Below, piece after piece: positions 56,717 to 64,000 of a stretch of DNA of 64,000 nucleotides. The notes beneath the pieces are model-generated. The model did no database searches, had not been told where the DNA came from, and was given only the letters and a program-made list of their open reading frames with translations. The DNA comes from a virus (Duplodnaviria; Caudoviricetes): positions 1-64,000 of the IMG/VR virus record IMGVR_UViG_3300017913_002143; one strand, 5' to 3'. A program made the translations under genes and the position numbers. Numbering within the stretch: the stretch's first letter is position 1; each line of letters begins with the position of its first letter.

Positions 56717-57666
56717 TGGCAAGAAAAATACATATTGACAGCGATTATACTATCCAGCAATGGATTGATAGTCAGAATGGTATGTCTGACTTCATGGGTG
56801 ATCTTAGTAATTTTGAAGCTCGATTCAAGAATACTAAACTAGATGACTATCCTGGATATAATGATTCGTCATTTGTGACTGCACTAAACTTTATCAATGA
56901 TCCTTGGGTCGAATATCTGCGAGGTTTGTTTGGTGGTGGGAAGGTAAAGATTAGTGCTGAACTATTAGTTGACTCTGCAGCATTCCAAACATTAAGACTT
57001 GCTGATAGTACCGATAGTAGTGCTAATCCAATGCTACATGGTCCAACAACCAGACCAAGGTTTAGCAAATTCTATACACATATGTTTGCTGACACTACTG
57101 GTGTAAATGCTAGACATACTGGTTATGATAATGGAGATGATCCAACAGCAACCAGTATATACATTGGTGCAAATAATCGTTGGCCTAATCCAGATGCTCC
57201 AGGTATTATGTCGTTTGATTATGACTTGACTGTACAAGACTCAGCATTCTTCAACAACATAAGAGTTGGTGCATCCAAAGGCTTCCTATTTCAGGGTGCA
57301 GACAGTTGTCATTTTGATTACATTAATATTAAAGATAGTGGCTTCATTCGTGGTATTGGTCCAAACGATTCAAATGACTTTATCAAGATAGTATTTGCGG
57401 ATATTGATTCAAGTTCAACGATTGACTCTGCTTACATAGGGACATTACGTTCTAATAATATTATCAACGATAGCTCAACGTTTGGTATATTGAGAATAAA
57501 TAATATATTAGTACTAGATAGTAATAATGCAACTTTAAAGTTAGAACAAGATAGTCCAACGTTTGATGGAGTAAGTAAGTTTTTGATCACTGATTCACTT
57601 GGGCCTGATTCACCAAACGATGCTGGTGTTATACGTTTTGGCTCATACAAGTTAGATTCGATTTAA
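56716..57666 (+). CDS. DS-rich virion fibre-like protein
   Basis: N-terminal T/IxxQW...MSDFMGDL and DSSFVTALNF; 18 DS in 316 aa. Confidence 0.6.
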   Translation: MARKIHIDSDYTIQQWIDSQNGMSDFMGDLSNFEARFKNTKLDDYPGYNDSSFVTALNFINDPWVEYLRGLFGGGKVKISAELLVDSAAFQTLRLADSTDSSANPMLHGPTTRPRFSKFYTHMFADTTGVNARHTGYDNGDDPTATSIYIGANNRWPNPDAPGIMSFDYDLTVQDSAFFNNIRVGASKGFLFQGADSCHFDYINIKDSGFIRGIGPNDSNDFIKIVFADIDSSSTIDSAYIGTLRSNNIINDSSTFGILRINNILVLDSNNATLKLEQDSPTFDGVSKFLITDSLGPDSPNDAGVIRFGSYKLDSI

Positions 57667-57676
57667 GGAACACGTT

Positions 57677-58372
57677 ATGACACGTAAAGAGAATATTCAA
57701 ACTTTTGCTCCTATTGGCCAGTGGGTAGCCAAAACAAATCTGATGTCCGATTACATTGGAGATCTTGATCTTCTTGACTCAGCGTTCTTACGGTTTGATT
57801 CTACTAATGGTAAAACAAATGATTCAAATGTTGTTGCAGCAATTAACTTTTTGTGGACAGCAGTTGATAGTGTATACAACCAGCTTACACAAGGTGTGCT
57901 ACGTCTTGGTAACTTAACAGCAGACTCTGGTACGTTTAGAATTATTCGTGTTGGCATGATGCAAGCTGACAGTGCTACTATTGATAGTGCTTATATTCAA
58001 AACCTCACAGTTGCTGGTCGACTGGATGTTGAGTCTGCAGACTTTGATAAGATTACTGTAGAATATATCAACGTTGCACAAAATGGTACTCTGACTATTG
58101 ACTCAGCTACCGTCCATACTTTGAATGCTCAACATCTGTTAGCAGATAGTGCACGTATCAATACTGCTACAATTAACAATATCATGGCTGATAGTGCAAC
58201 AATAGATAGTGCATATATTAATGACACTTTGGTAATTGGTACTGGAGGGATTATTCAAATAGATGGTGTAGACTTAACAGATGCAAAGAAACTTGAGATT
58301 AAGAATGAAGCTGGAACAGTAGTCTTAGGTGGCTATTTGTTATCAACTTCTAATACAATTGGAACTCCATAA
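57677..58372 (+). CDS. DS-rich virion fibre-like protein, paralog of upstream gene
   Basis: IGQWVAKTNLMSDYIGDL, DSNVVAAINF; repeats ADSATIDSAYI; 11 DS in 231 aa. Confidence 0.6.
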   Translation: MTRKENIQTFAPIGQWVAKTNLMSDYIGDLDLLDSAFLRFDSTNGKTNDSNVVAAINFLWTAVDSVYNQLTQGVLRLGNLTADSGTFRIIRVGMMQADSATIDSAYIQNLTVAGRLDVESADFDKITVEYINVAQNGTLTIDSATVHTLNAQHLLADSARINTATINNIMADSATIDSAYINDTLVIGTGGIIQIDGVDLTDAKKLEIKNEAGTVVLGGYLLSTSNTIGTP

Positions 58373-59385
58373 TGGCTTTGAGAGCACTTATTGAAGATGG
58401 GTCTACTCGAATAAGAGAGACCACGGTTGCTGAGCATAATGCAATGCTTGGAAGAATAGCATATTTGTATCAGACAGGAACGGTTCCTGTTACACTAAGT
58501 GTCGTATCTAGTGGTGGTAACATTTCTCCAAATATGACCGATACCAGATATAAATCTGGTACAGCGGCTCGAAACACATCAGGTCCTTGGCCAGCAGTAA
58601 CCTCATTTCCCTCAGAATCACAAACTGGTGAACCGCAACTTGTTACGGGTGTTACTTACGATAAAATCAACCAAACTACAACTTCTGTTACAGCTTTTGC
58701 CAATAGTGATTACCAGAGTCTAGCTGTAAAACCGGTTCTTTTTGATGGTAGTAATACTATTCAAGAAATGACTTATGCACAGGTGTTACAGTATTTTATA
58801 AATCCCGTAGTACTTGCTATGCAACAATCTACCAATACTGAAGCTGCAGCTGGTGGATCATATTACATATCAACCGCAGGATCTGTATCTGGGTCAACTA
58901 ACTTAGGTACAGTATTTGTCGACACGTCTGCAAATGCTTCTGGATACTTGGCAACTAATATTGGTACTGCTGGAACAACGCAAGATGTTTTCAATAGTAC
59001 TACCTATTATCTGTATAGAGTAGATTCTAGTTTTTCATCACAAGGTAGTGGTTATAGAACTCCATTGATGATTGATTATGGCCAAAGTAGCAGATCGTCT
59101 CAAACTCCAGCTGGTCTAAGACATATGACATATACTGAGTTTGATAATTTGTTTAGTCCGTTGGTCAAACATGCAATCAGTACTGAAGCTGGATATCGTG
59201 TGTCATACAACATTAATGGCTCGGGTACAAGGCAGGGTACATTAATTGCAAATAGACAAATGGTTGGTGTCAGTGGGGCGTATACAACATATAAAGCTAC
59301 TGGTGATGATTATCGTGCTCAAGAATTTCCAAACGGCACAATAGTAAATGTCAATGAATATGAATTAAAGTTAGAGAGAACTTAA
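58372..59385 (+). CDS. Putative virion structural protein
   Basis: Thr/Ser-rich 337 aa ORF in the tail operon; AQEFPNGT C-terminal motif. Confidence 0.5.
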   Translation: MALRALIEDGSTRIRETTVAEHNAMLGRIAYLYQTGTVPVTLSVVSSGGNISPNMTDTRYKSGTAARNTSGPWPAVTSFPSESQTGEPQLVTGVTYDKINQTTTSVTAFANSDYQSLAVKPVLFDGSNTIQEMTYAQVLQYFINPVVLAMQQSTNTEAAAGGSYYISTAGSVSGSTNLGTVFVDTSANASGYLATNIGTAGTTQDVFNSTTYYLYRVDSSFSSQGSGYRTPLMIDYGQSSRSSQTPAGLRHMTYTEFDNLFSPLVKHAISTEAGYRVSYNINGSGTRQGTLIANRQMVGVSGAYTTYKATGDDYRAQEFPNGTIVNVNEYELKLERT

Positions 59386-59386
59386 A

Positions 59387-59878
59387 ATGATAGAAGGTCA
59401 CAAATTAATTGAAGCACATTTCTGCAACAACGAACGCACTAGTATAGAAATATTCTGGCGGCACGATGATATTGAGAACCAAGAGTCGACTGTAAGAGTT
59501 GAATATTGTAAAGCTGATGAATCGGATGAAATGTATAACTGGCTATTGACTCAGATGTCAGTAGATGATCTACATGAGGCTACTTTTAAAAATATTAAAA
59601 TTCAGGATGAAATCTATAGAGAACAGGTTGTTGCTATAGCAAAAGAAGATGGTTTGATATTTGATGAAAAATCAGATGCTACAAGTACAGCTGCTCTATT
59701 AGCTAATGTGTTATTTAATTATGATCAACTCCATCAAAAAGAACTTTTGTTCCAGTTTAAGTTACAAGTGTTTGAGATGGATGAAGTTAGGAATGCAAGC
59801 TCAGCTGTAAAGTCTAAGATTCGAAAATCAGAAACTATAGTTGATGTTGTTAAGCACGTCATCAAACTCCTTGTTTGA
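59387..59878 (+). CDS. Hypothetical protein (possible fibre assembly factor)
   Basis: End of the tail operon; converges on the minus-strand cluster. Confidence 0.45.
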   Translation: MIEGHKLIEAHFCNNERTSIEIFWRHDDIENQESTVRVEYCKADESDEMYNWLLTQMSVDDLHEATFKNIKIQDEIYREQVVAIAKEDGLIFDEKSDATSTAALLANVLFNYDQLHQKELLFQFKLQVFEMDEVRNASSAVKSKIRKSETIVDVVKHVIKLLV

Positions 59879-60487
59879 TTGGTGTAAGAAGTAACACGCT
59901 GGAGTGTATTGAGTTACAATTTGATCTAAGATATAATTCCACTGTATTCCAATATCAGTAAAAGGTACGTTATACTTTTCAATAATGTATGATAAGAACA
60001 CCTCATTGTTTGGTTTATATAACCTATCTACATCACATTCATAGTACACTTTTTCAGCCTCACCATACCGTTCAGAAAACATAAGTTGATCAGCAGCTTG
60101 CTTATTCATACCAAACACACCTGTGTTTATTATATTATGTTCACCTGCCCCATCTAACATGTACCGTTTGAGATTAATCTTCCAATCTGGCTTGTTTGTT
60201 CTGTGGCAACAAATGTTGTTCAGATCATGTACATCAAAGAATGATTTAAGTCTTTTGGGTATAACATCTAGATCAAGATATAGAACTTCATCATAATCGT
60301 TGACTAATTGTTCAGCAAGATGTATCTTGTAGAATTGTAGATCAACAAAGTTTAATTTTGTATCATACAGTCCATAGTCAGCGTTACAGAAGTAAGCATA
60401 GTCTTCGTGCTTTTCTGTAAGTATTTGTTTATAGTCTTCCCAATCTGGTCCTAGATCAGACCAGACACTAAATATTATTCTTTTCAC
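59828..60487 (-). CDS. Putative glycosyltransferase, GT-A-like
   Basis: VLYLDLDVIP, INTGVFG, NNEVFLSY, QWNY, LH. Confidence 0.65.
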   Translation of the reverse strand: MKRIIFSVWSDLGPDWEDYKQILTEKHEDYAYFCNADYGLYDTKLNFVDLQFYKIHLAEQLVNDYDEVLYLDLDVIPKRLKSFFDVHDLNNICCHRTNKPDWKINLKRYMLDGAGEHNIINTGVFGMNKQAADQLMFSERYGEAEKVYYECDVDRLYKPNNEVFLSYIIEKYNVPFTDIGIQWNYILDQIVTQYTPACYFLHQSNKEFDDVLNNINYSF

Positions 60488-61277
60488 AATAATCTCTTAC
60501 ATAATCAAAATCTTTATTGATTGCATGTACCATCTTTGTTTTTGATGGTATGTATGATATGTCTCCTCTCATAGCATGGTGCCAATATTCATCAAGTGGT
60601 GTTAGCTTAACATTATTCTGTAACATCTTATAACTGAAAAGAGTTTCATTATCATATCCAAAATGATCAAAGCCACTCTCCTCCTTTACCTGATGCATGA
60701 ACTCCAATGTCTCAGAGAAGTTTTCAAAGTAGTTTAATTTTCGTAATCCCTGTTGACTTGCTAGAGTTATTCCAGTATTGTATACATCATTGCTTCCATC
60801 CTCTCCACTGAATATTCTCATCACTCTACAGTTATGCCACTTTGCATATGGCGATCGATCACTCTGACCTTCTCGTCTGGTTAAGTAATGTTTTGGATCT
60901 TCTTCATGATTGATCCTTACTGCTATGTCTGCATTCAGATCAAATATGTTTTCATCTGTGATTGGAATAACATCTAAGTCTAAGTAAAGTACATTATCAT
61001 ACTTTTTAGATAATTTATACATTAAATGTATTTTATAGAAGTTAACTATACAATACTCATTTACATAAGGATGATTGTTTAGGAACCAGTCTCTGTAGTT
61101 GTAATAATTATCCTCTTGGATACAATAATAATCACAACCTATCTTATCTGCATACTCACGCTGCTTTGATACTAACCATTTGAAGTTATCAGCAAACTTA
61201 TCAGCAATGTATGTATTGTCACTTGCCTCTAGATATTTCTTTGGTACTTTAATGTATAGAGTGAATATAGTATTCAT
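60468..61277 (-). CDS. Putative glycosyltransferase, GT-A-like (paralog of downstream gene)
   Basis: VLYLDLDVIP, YNTGI, DNETLFSY, YWH, VHAINK. Confidence 0.65.
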   Translation of the reverse strand: MNTIFTLYIKVPKKYLEASDNTYIADKFADNFKWLVSKQREYADKIGCDYYCIQEDNYYNYRDWFLNNHPYVNEYCIVNFYKIHLMYKLSKKYDNVLYLDLDVIPITDENIFDLNADIAVRINHEEDPKHYLTRREGQSDRSPYAKWHNCRVMRIFSGEDGSNDVYNTGITLASQQGLRKLNYFENFSETLEFMHQVKEESGFDHFGYDNETLFSYKMLQNNVKLTPLDEYWHHAMRGDISYIPSKTKMVHAINKDFDYVRDYCEKNNI

Positions 61278-61963
61278 GAGCCAATTACCAAGAACCTATC
61301 ATACTCATTCCTCCACGATCTGGTGCCACTATACAATATTTCCTTGAGTGGTAGTGTACTAATAAAACGCTCGACAGAGTCATGACAGTTGATGTGGCTA
61401 TCTATTTCATAATAATTATTTGATTGTAATGCAACTATCTGGTTGGGATGTTTCTTTTTCAGAGCGTTATATAATTCATCTTCGTGAATGTGTTCACAGG
61501 CTGTACATATAGTAATCTTGCTGCTAGTATTTGTATTAGTACCACCCATTGGTTCACGATTCACATCCAACCCTCTATCATCTTTGTTGTAGATGTCAAG
61601 TCCATTTCCTGTAACAAAATGTATGTTATTATATTGAGCTAATCTATATCCATATTCCTCACATATTGGATCTAGATCATAATTTTTTATCTCGTTTGTA
61701 AATCCATTGTCAGCTAGTATGTGAGCCATCAAACCGTACCAGCCACCAATGATTTGAATACTACCATGTTCTTTTGTAATATATGGACGTAGCTCATTAG
61801 CTAACCACAACTTGGATGAGAACTGGCCAGCGCTAACTGAATCCATAACATCTTTCATACGAAATAGATCACAGTCTGGATTGTATTGTGAGTCGGTGTA
61901 TATGTGACTGAGTAGATCTATAACAGAATCAAAAAACGATCGTGGAACGTATTGCATTATCAA
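61274..61963 (-). CDS. SAM-dependent methyltransferase-like protein
   Basis: IQIIGGWYG, YDLDP, CTACEH, LQSNN, YDRFLVIG. Confidence 0.55.
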   Translation of the reverse strand: MIMQYVPRSFFDSVIDLLSHIYTDSQYNPDCDLFRMKDVMDSVSAGQFSSKLWLANELRPYITKEHGSIQIIGGWYGLMAHILADNGFTNEIKNYDLDPICEEYGYRLAQYNNIHFVTGNGLDIYNKDDRGLDVNREPMGGTNTNTSSKITICTACEHIHEDELYNALKKKHPNQIVALQSNNYYEIDSHINCHDSVERFISTLPLKEILYSGTRSWRNEYDRFLVIGS

Positions 61964-62468
61964 ATGTCCTATAGAGTAGCTTCTGATCCCATACGTACCT
62001 GTCTACTCCTTTATACTTTCTTGTATAGTAGTCAATGTTTCTACTGAAGATATCCCAATACTCTGTGTTGCGATGAGATGTCCATGCCATGACTGAACTA
62101 TTCAACATTGTTTCGTATGCATGCTTTTCGTAATATAATTCACTCTTATGATCATCTGCAATAAAAGTTGGATATCTCCAATCTATGGATTCAATATATT
62201 GGAAAGGATTAGCAGCGATGTCAATATCAAGATCAAACATGACGCAACGATCATTCAATACAAAGTCGTGTCTAAATACATGAAGTTTGTTCCACCATCT
62301 TATAAGTTTGGGTGAGTCAGGAATAGGTAAACATTCTATTATAACATTTTTTGGATCTTCTGTCAAGCAAAAAATTGGGTAATCAGCAAAATTTAATAAT
62401 ACTTCTGCTTGTCTATTTACATCTTCAGCTGTATACTTAGTGCCATGTTTTAATAATATAATATTCAT
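61929..62468 (-). CDS. Putative glycosyltransferase
   Basis: Likely start MNIILLKHGTKY at 62468; WWNKL, FDLDIDI, LNSSVMAW, GVDRY. Confidence 0.6.
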   Translation of the reverse strand: MNIILLKHGTKYTAEDVNRQAEVLLNFADYPIFCLTEDPKNVIIECLPIPDSPKLIRWWNKLHVFRHDFVLNDRCVMFDLDIDIAANPFQYIESIDWRYPTFIADDHKSELYYEKHAYETMLNSSVMAWTSHRNTEYWDIFSRNIDYYTRKYKGVDRYVWDQKLLYRTFDNAIRSTIVF

Positions 62469-62483
62469 ACAATATATAGTAGC

Positions 62484-62966
62484 ATGTTTAAAAGATACAA
62501 TACAGATAATGGTTATCACGATTTTTCTCTTACAAAGGTAGTGACCTTTCATAATCCAGATAGCTTAGCATATTATGAAGATCTTTATACAAAATTACAG
62601 CAGGATGACTTTGGTGATATAAAAGTCCCCAGATTCACATTTAATGTAACAGATACGCAACTGATAATCAATTCAGAGTATATCAAAGGTCGACAATGGC
62701 AAAGTGACGATTTGTGGCATAACTTTGACTTTGTTGCAAACAATATAGTATTCAAAGAGGGAAACTATTCGTTTACAGATTTTGCACCACATAATTTTAT
62801 CATAGAGTTTAACACTAATGACATATACTATGTTGACTTTGAAGCATATGATGTTTGTACAATTGATGATCGGAGTAATTTATTACAACGCCAACGAAAA
62901 AATATTGAGGATCGTGATCCAGAATTGAAATCTTTTAGGAGACAGTCTAGGTTCAAAATGTTATAA
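62484..62966 (+). CDS. Small protein-kinase-like (APH/Kdo/choline kinase-like) protein
   Basis: KVPRF, EYIKG hinge, DFAPHNF catalytic loop, YVDFE Mg-binding motif. Confidence 0.55.
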   Translation: MFKRYNTDNGYHDFSLTKVVTFHNPDSLAYYEDLYTKLQQDDFGDIKVPRFTFNVTDTQLIINSEYIKGRQWQSDDLWHNFDFVANNIVFKEGNYSFTDFAPHNFIIEFNTNDIYYVDFEAYDVCTIDDRSNLLQRQRKNIEDRDPELKSFRRQSRFKML

Positions 62967-62969
62967 ATA
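62962..62969 (+). promoter_or_regulatory. T4 late promoter
   Basis: Exact TATAAATA upstream of the fibre genes. Confidence 0.7.
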
Positions 62970-63013
62970 AAGGTAATTATCATGTCGAGTTACTTAGAAT
63001 CGAGATTGGACAA

Positions 63014-63367
63014 ATGGCAGAGTACGAAAAGTTTACGATCGACAAAGGGTCGGATTTTGCATTACAACTAGAGCTTGTTGATCGCTCTGGCAATAAAAAA
63101 GACCTCACCAATTTTAGCGCAGCCGCTAAACTCAAGCGCAATTACAATAGCGATTCAGCCGATACAACAGATTTTGCTGCAGCAATCAGTGCACCTAAAA
63201 CTGATGGTATCTTAACTCTTTCCTTGACAAACGGACAAACAGACGCTCTTAAAGTAGGCAACTACGTATATGATGTAGAGATCTCTTTCACTGACAGTAA
63301 CAACGCTACTGTGGTTGAACGTATCCTTGAAGGAAAGATGAGAGTTAACCCATCGGTGACAAGGTAA
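63014..63367 (+). CDS. Ig-like tail-fibre adaptor (BppU/LtfC-like)
   Basis: IDKGSDF, DLTNFSAAAKL, LSLTNGQT, YVYDVEI, RILEG. Confidence 0.65.
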   Translation: MAEYEKFTIDKGSDFALQLELVDRSGNKKDLTNFSAAAKLKRNYNSDSADTTDFAAAISAPKTDGILTLSLTNGQTDALKVGNYVYDVEISFTDSNNATVVERILEGKMRVNPSVTR

Positions 63368-63615
63368 TGGCAACTAGTACTACAACTTATATTAAAAAGA
63401 TTACCGTCGGTGTACCAATTAGAAAGGTCACTGGTGCGGAAGCGCAAACACTTTCAGACATAACAGATGTTACATCATATGATTCTGTTGGACCTGGGCA
63501 TCTATTAATATTTAATGCTGCTACACAGAAGTGGCAATCAAATAGAGTTCTTGCAGAAGTAACTATTGTTGGAGGGGGAATAGGTTCAGTTGATTCTCCT
63601 GGAGGTGACTTCTAA
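63367..63615 (+). CDS. Small fibre-associated protein
   Basis: LSDITDV...LIFNAATQKW motif, GGDF end. Confidence 0.5.
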   Translation: MATSTTTYIKKITVGVPIRKVTGAEAQTLSDITDVTSYDSVGPGHLLIFNAATQKWQSNRVLAEVTIVGGGIGSVDSPGGDF

Positions 63616-64000
63616 TGGGTAGAATATTAATAAAAACCTCCAACAAGACCCCAAATATTACCCAAGCTCTCAATAACTCGAGAAAAATATTAGCAACAGG
63701 TGAATTTGGATACACATACACAGATGGTGATTCTGCTGGTGGTGATAGACTTTTCATTGGTGCTGGTGGCAACACAAGTGGTAGAGCAAATGAAGTTCAT
63801 GTTGTAGGTGGTAAGTATTTTGTTGATATGCTTGATCACCCACAAGGTCAGCTTCACGAAAACGCGGCTATTATAACAGATGGTGATAAAAAAGTCAACC
63901 AATTAAAAGTTGACAATATTACTATTGATGGTAACTTAATCAATACATCAACAGGAAACTTAACACTTGATCCTGCAAGTGGAGTATTGGCTGTTGGTAC
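63615..64000 (+). CDS. Tail-fibre protein, N-terminal part (runs off the window)
   Basis: Read manually: MGRILIKTS...LATGEFGY...RLFIG...VVGGKYF...LKVDNITIDGN. Confidence 0.65.
   Translation, partial: MGRILIKTSNKTPNITQALNNSRKILATGEFGYTYTDGDSAGGDRLFIGAGGNTSGRANEVHVVGGKYFVDMLDHPQGQLHENAAIITDGDKKVNQLKVDNITIDGNLINTSTGNLTLDPASGVLAVG

Noticed and set aside
56716-58372. DS enrichment as a by-product of DNA-level selection for GANTC (CcrM) sites (GAY-TCN)
   Set aside because: In the 57677 ORF, 6 of 11 DS use AGY Ser codons (e.g. GAT AGT), which do not form GANTC. The enrichment also tracks protein type, not the genome as a whole.
499-63902. Numerous 60-135 aa antisense or alternate-frame ORFs in the track (e.g. 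8710-9102, 46001-46399, 55901-56224)
   Set aside because: They lie wholly within well-supported genes, lack SD or motifs, and are expected as shadow ORFs.
1-64000. CRISPR array, DGR, integrase, transposase or tRNA genes
   Set aside because: No regularly spaced direct repeats, reverse transcriptase, recombinase or cloverleaf seen by eye; the Cas4-like gene at 15225 is a typical stand-alone phage exonuclease.
1-64000. Alternative genetic code or stop-codon readthrough
   Set aside because: Core genes are full length and densely packed under the standard code.

Overview
This is a 64 kb segment of a large lytic T4-like (Tevenvirinae/Kyanoviridae-like) myophage, probably marine. Recognisable T4 core genes include rnh, gp33, gp32, gp26, gp51, a gp54/gp19-like gene, gp2, gp4, gp48, gp53, a split gp5, gp25, gp6, gp7, a gp9-like gene and gp8. 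Auxiliary genes include a class II (B12-dependent) ribonucleotide reductase, phoH, a denV-family glycosylase, a Cas4-like exonuclease and a 5'-nucleotidase. Early promoters are sigma70-type (TTGACC-17bp-TATAAT) and late promoters are T4-type (TATAAATA). This suggests a proteobacterial, cobalamin-proficient host (inference). Main candidate novel system: two glycan-synthesis and decoration clusters (13 genes at 18119-27725 behind a late promoter, and 4 genes plus a kinase-like gene at 59828-62966 inside the tail module) co-occur with an extreme protein-level enrichment of the dipeptide Asp-Ser in outer-baseplate and fibre proteins only. Hand counts are 18 in 316 aa, 11 in 231 aa and 14 in 397 aa, versus 0-3 in enzymes of similar or larger size. 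This points to sequon-directed, phage-encoded modification (probably O-glycosylation) of the virion. Second notable signal: a T9 slippery run at the gp26/gp51 junction, directly upstream of the tape-measure-like gene, resembling the lambda G/GT -1 frameshift. Functional calls come from motif recognition by eye; no database searches were run. No tRNA, CRISPR array, integrase or transposon was seen.
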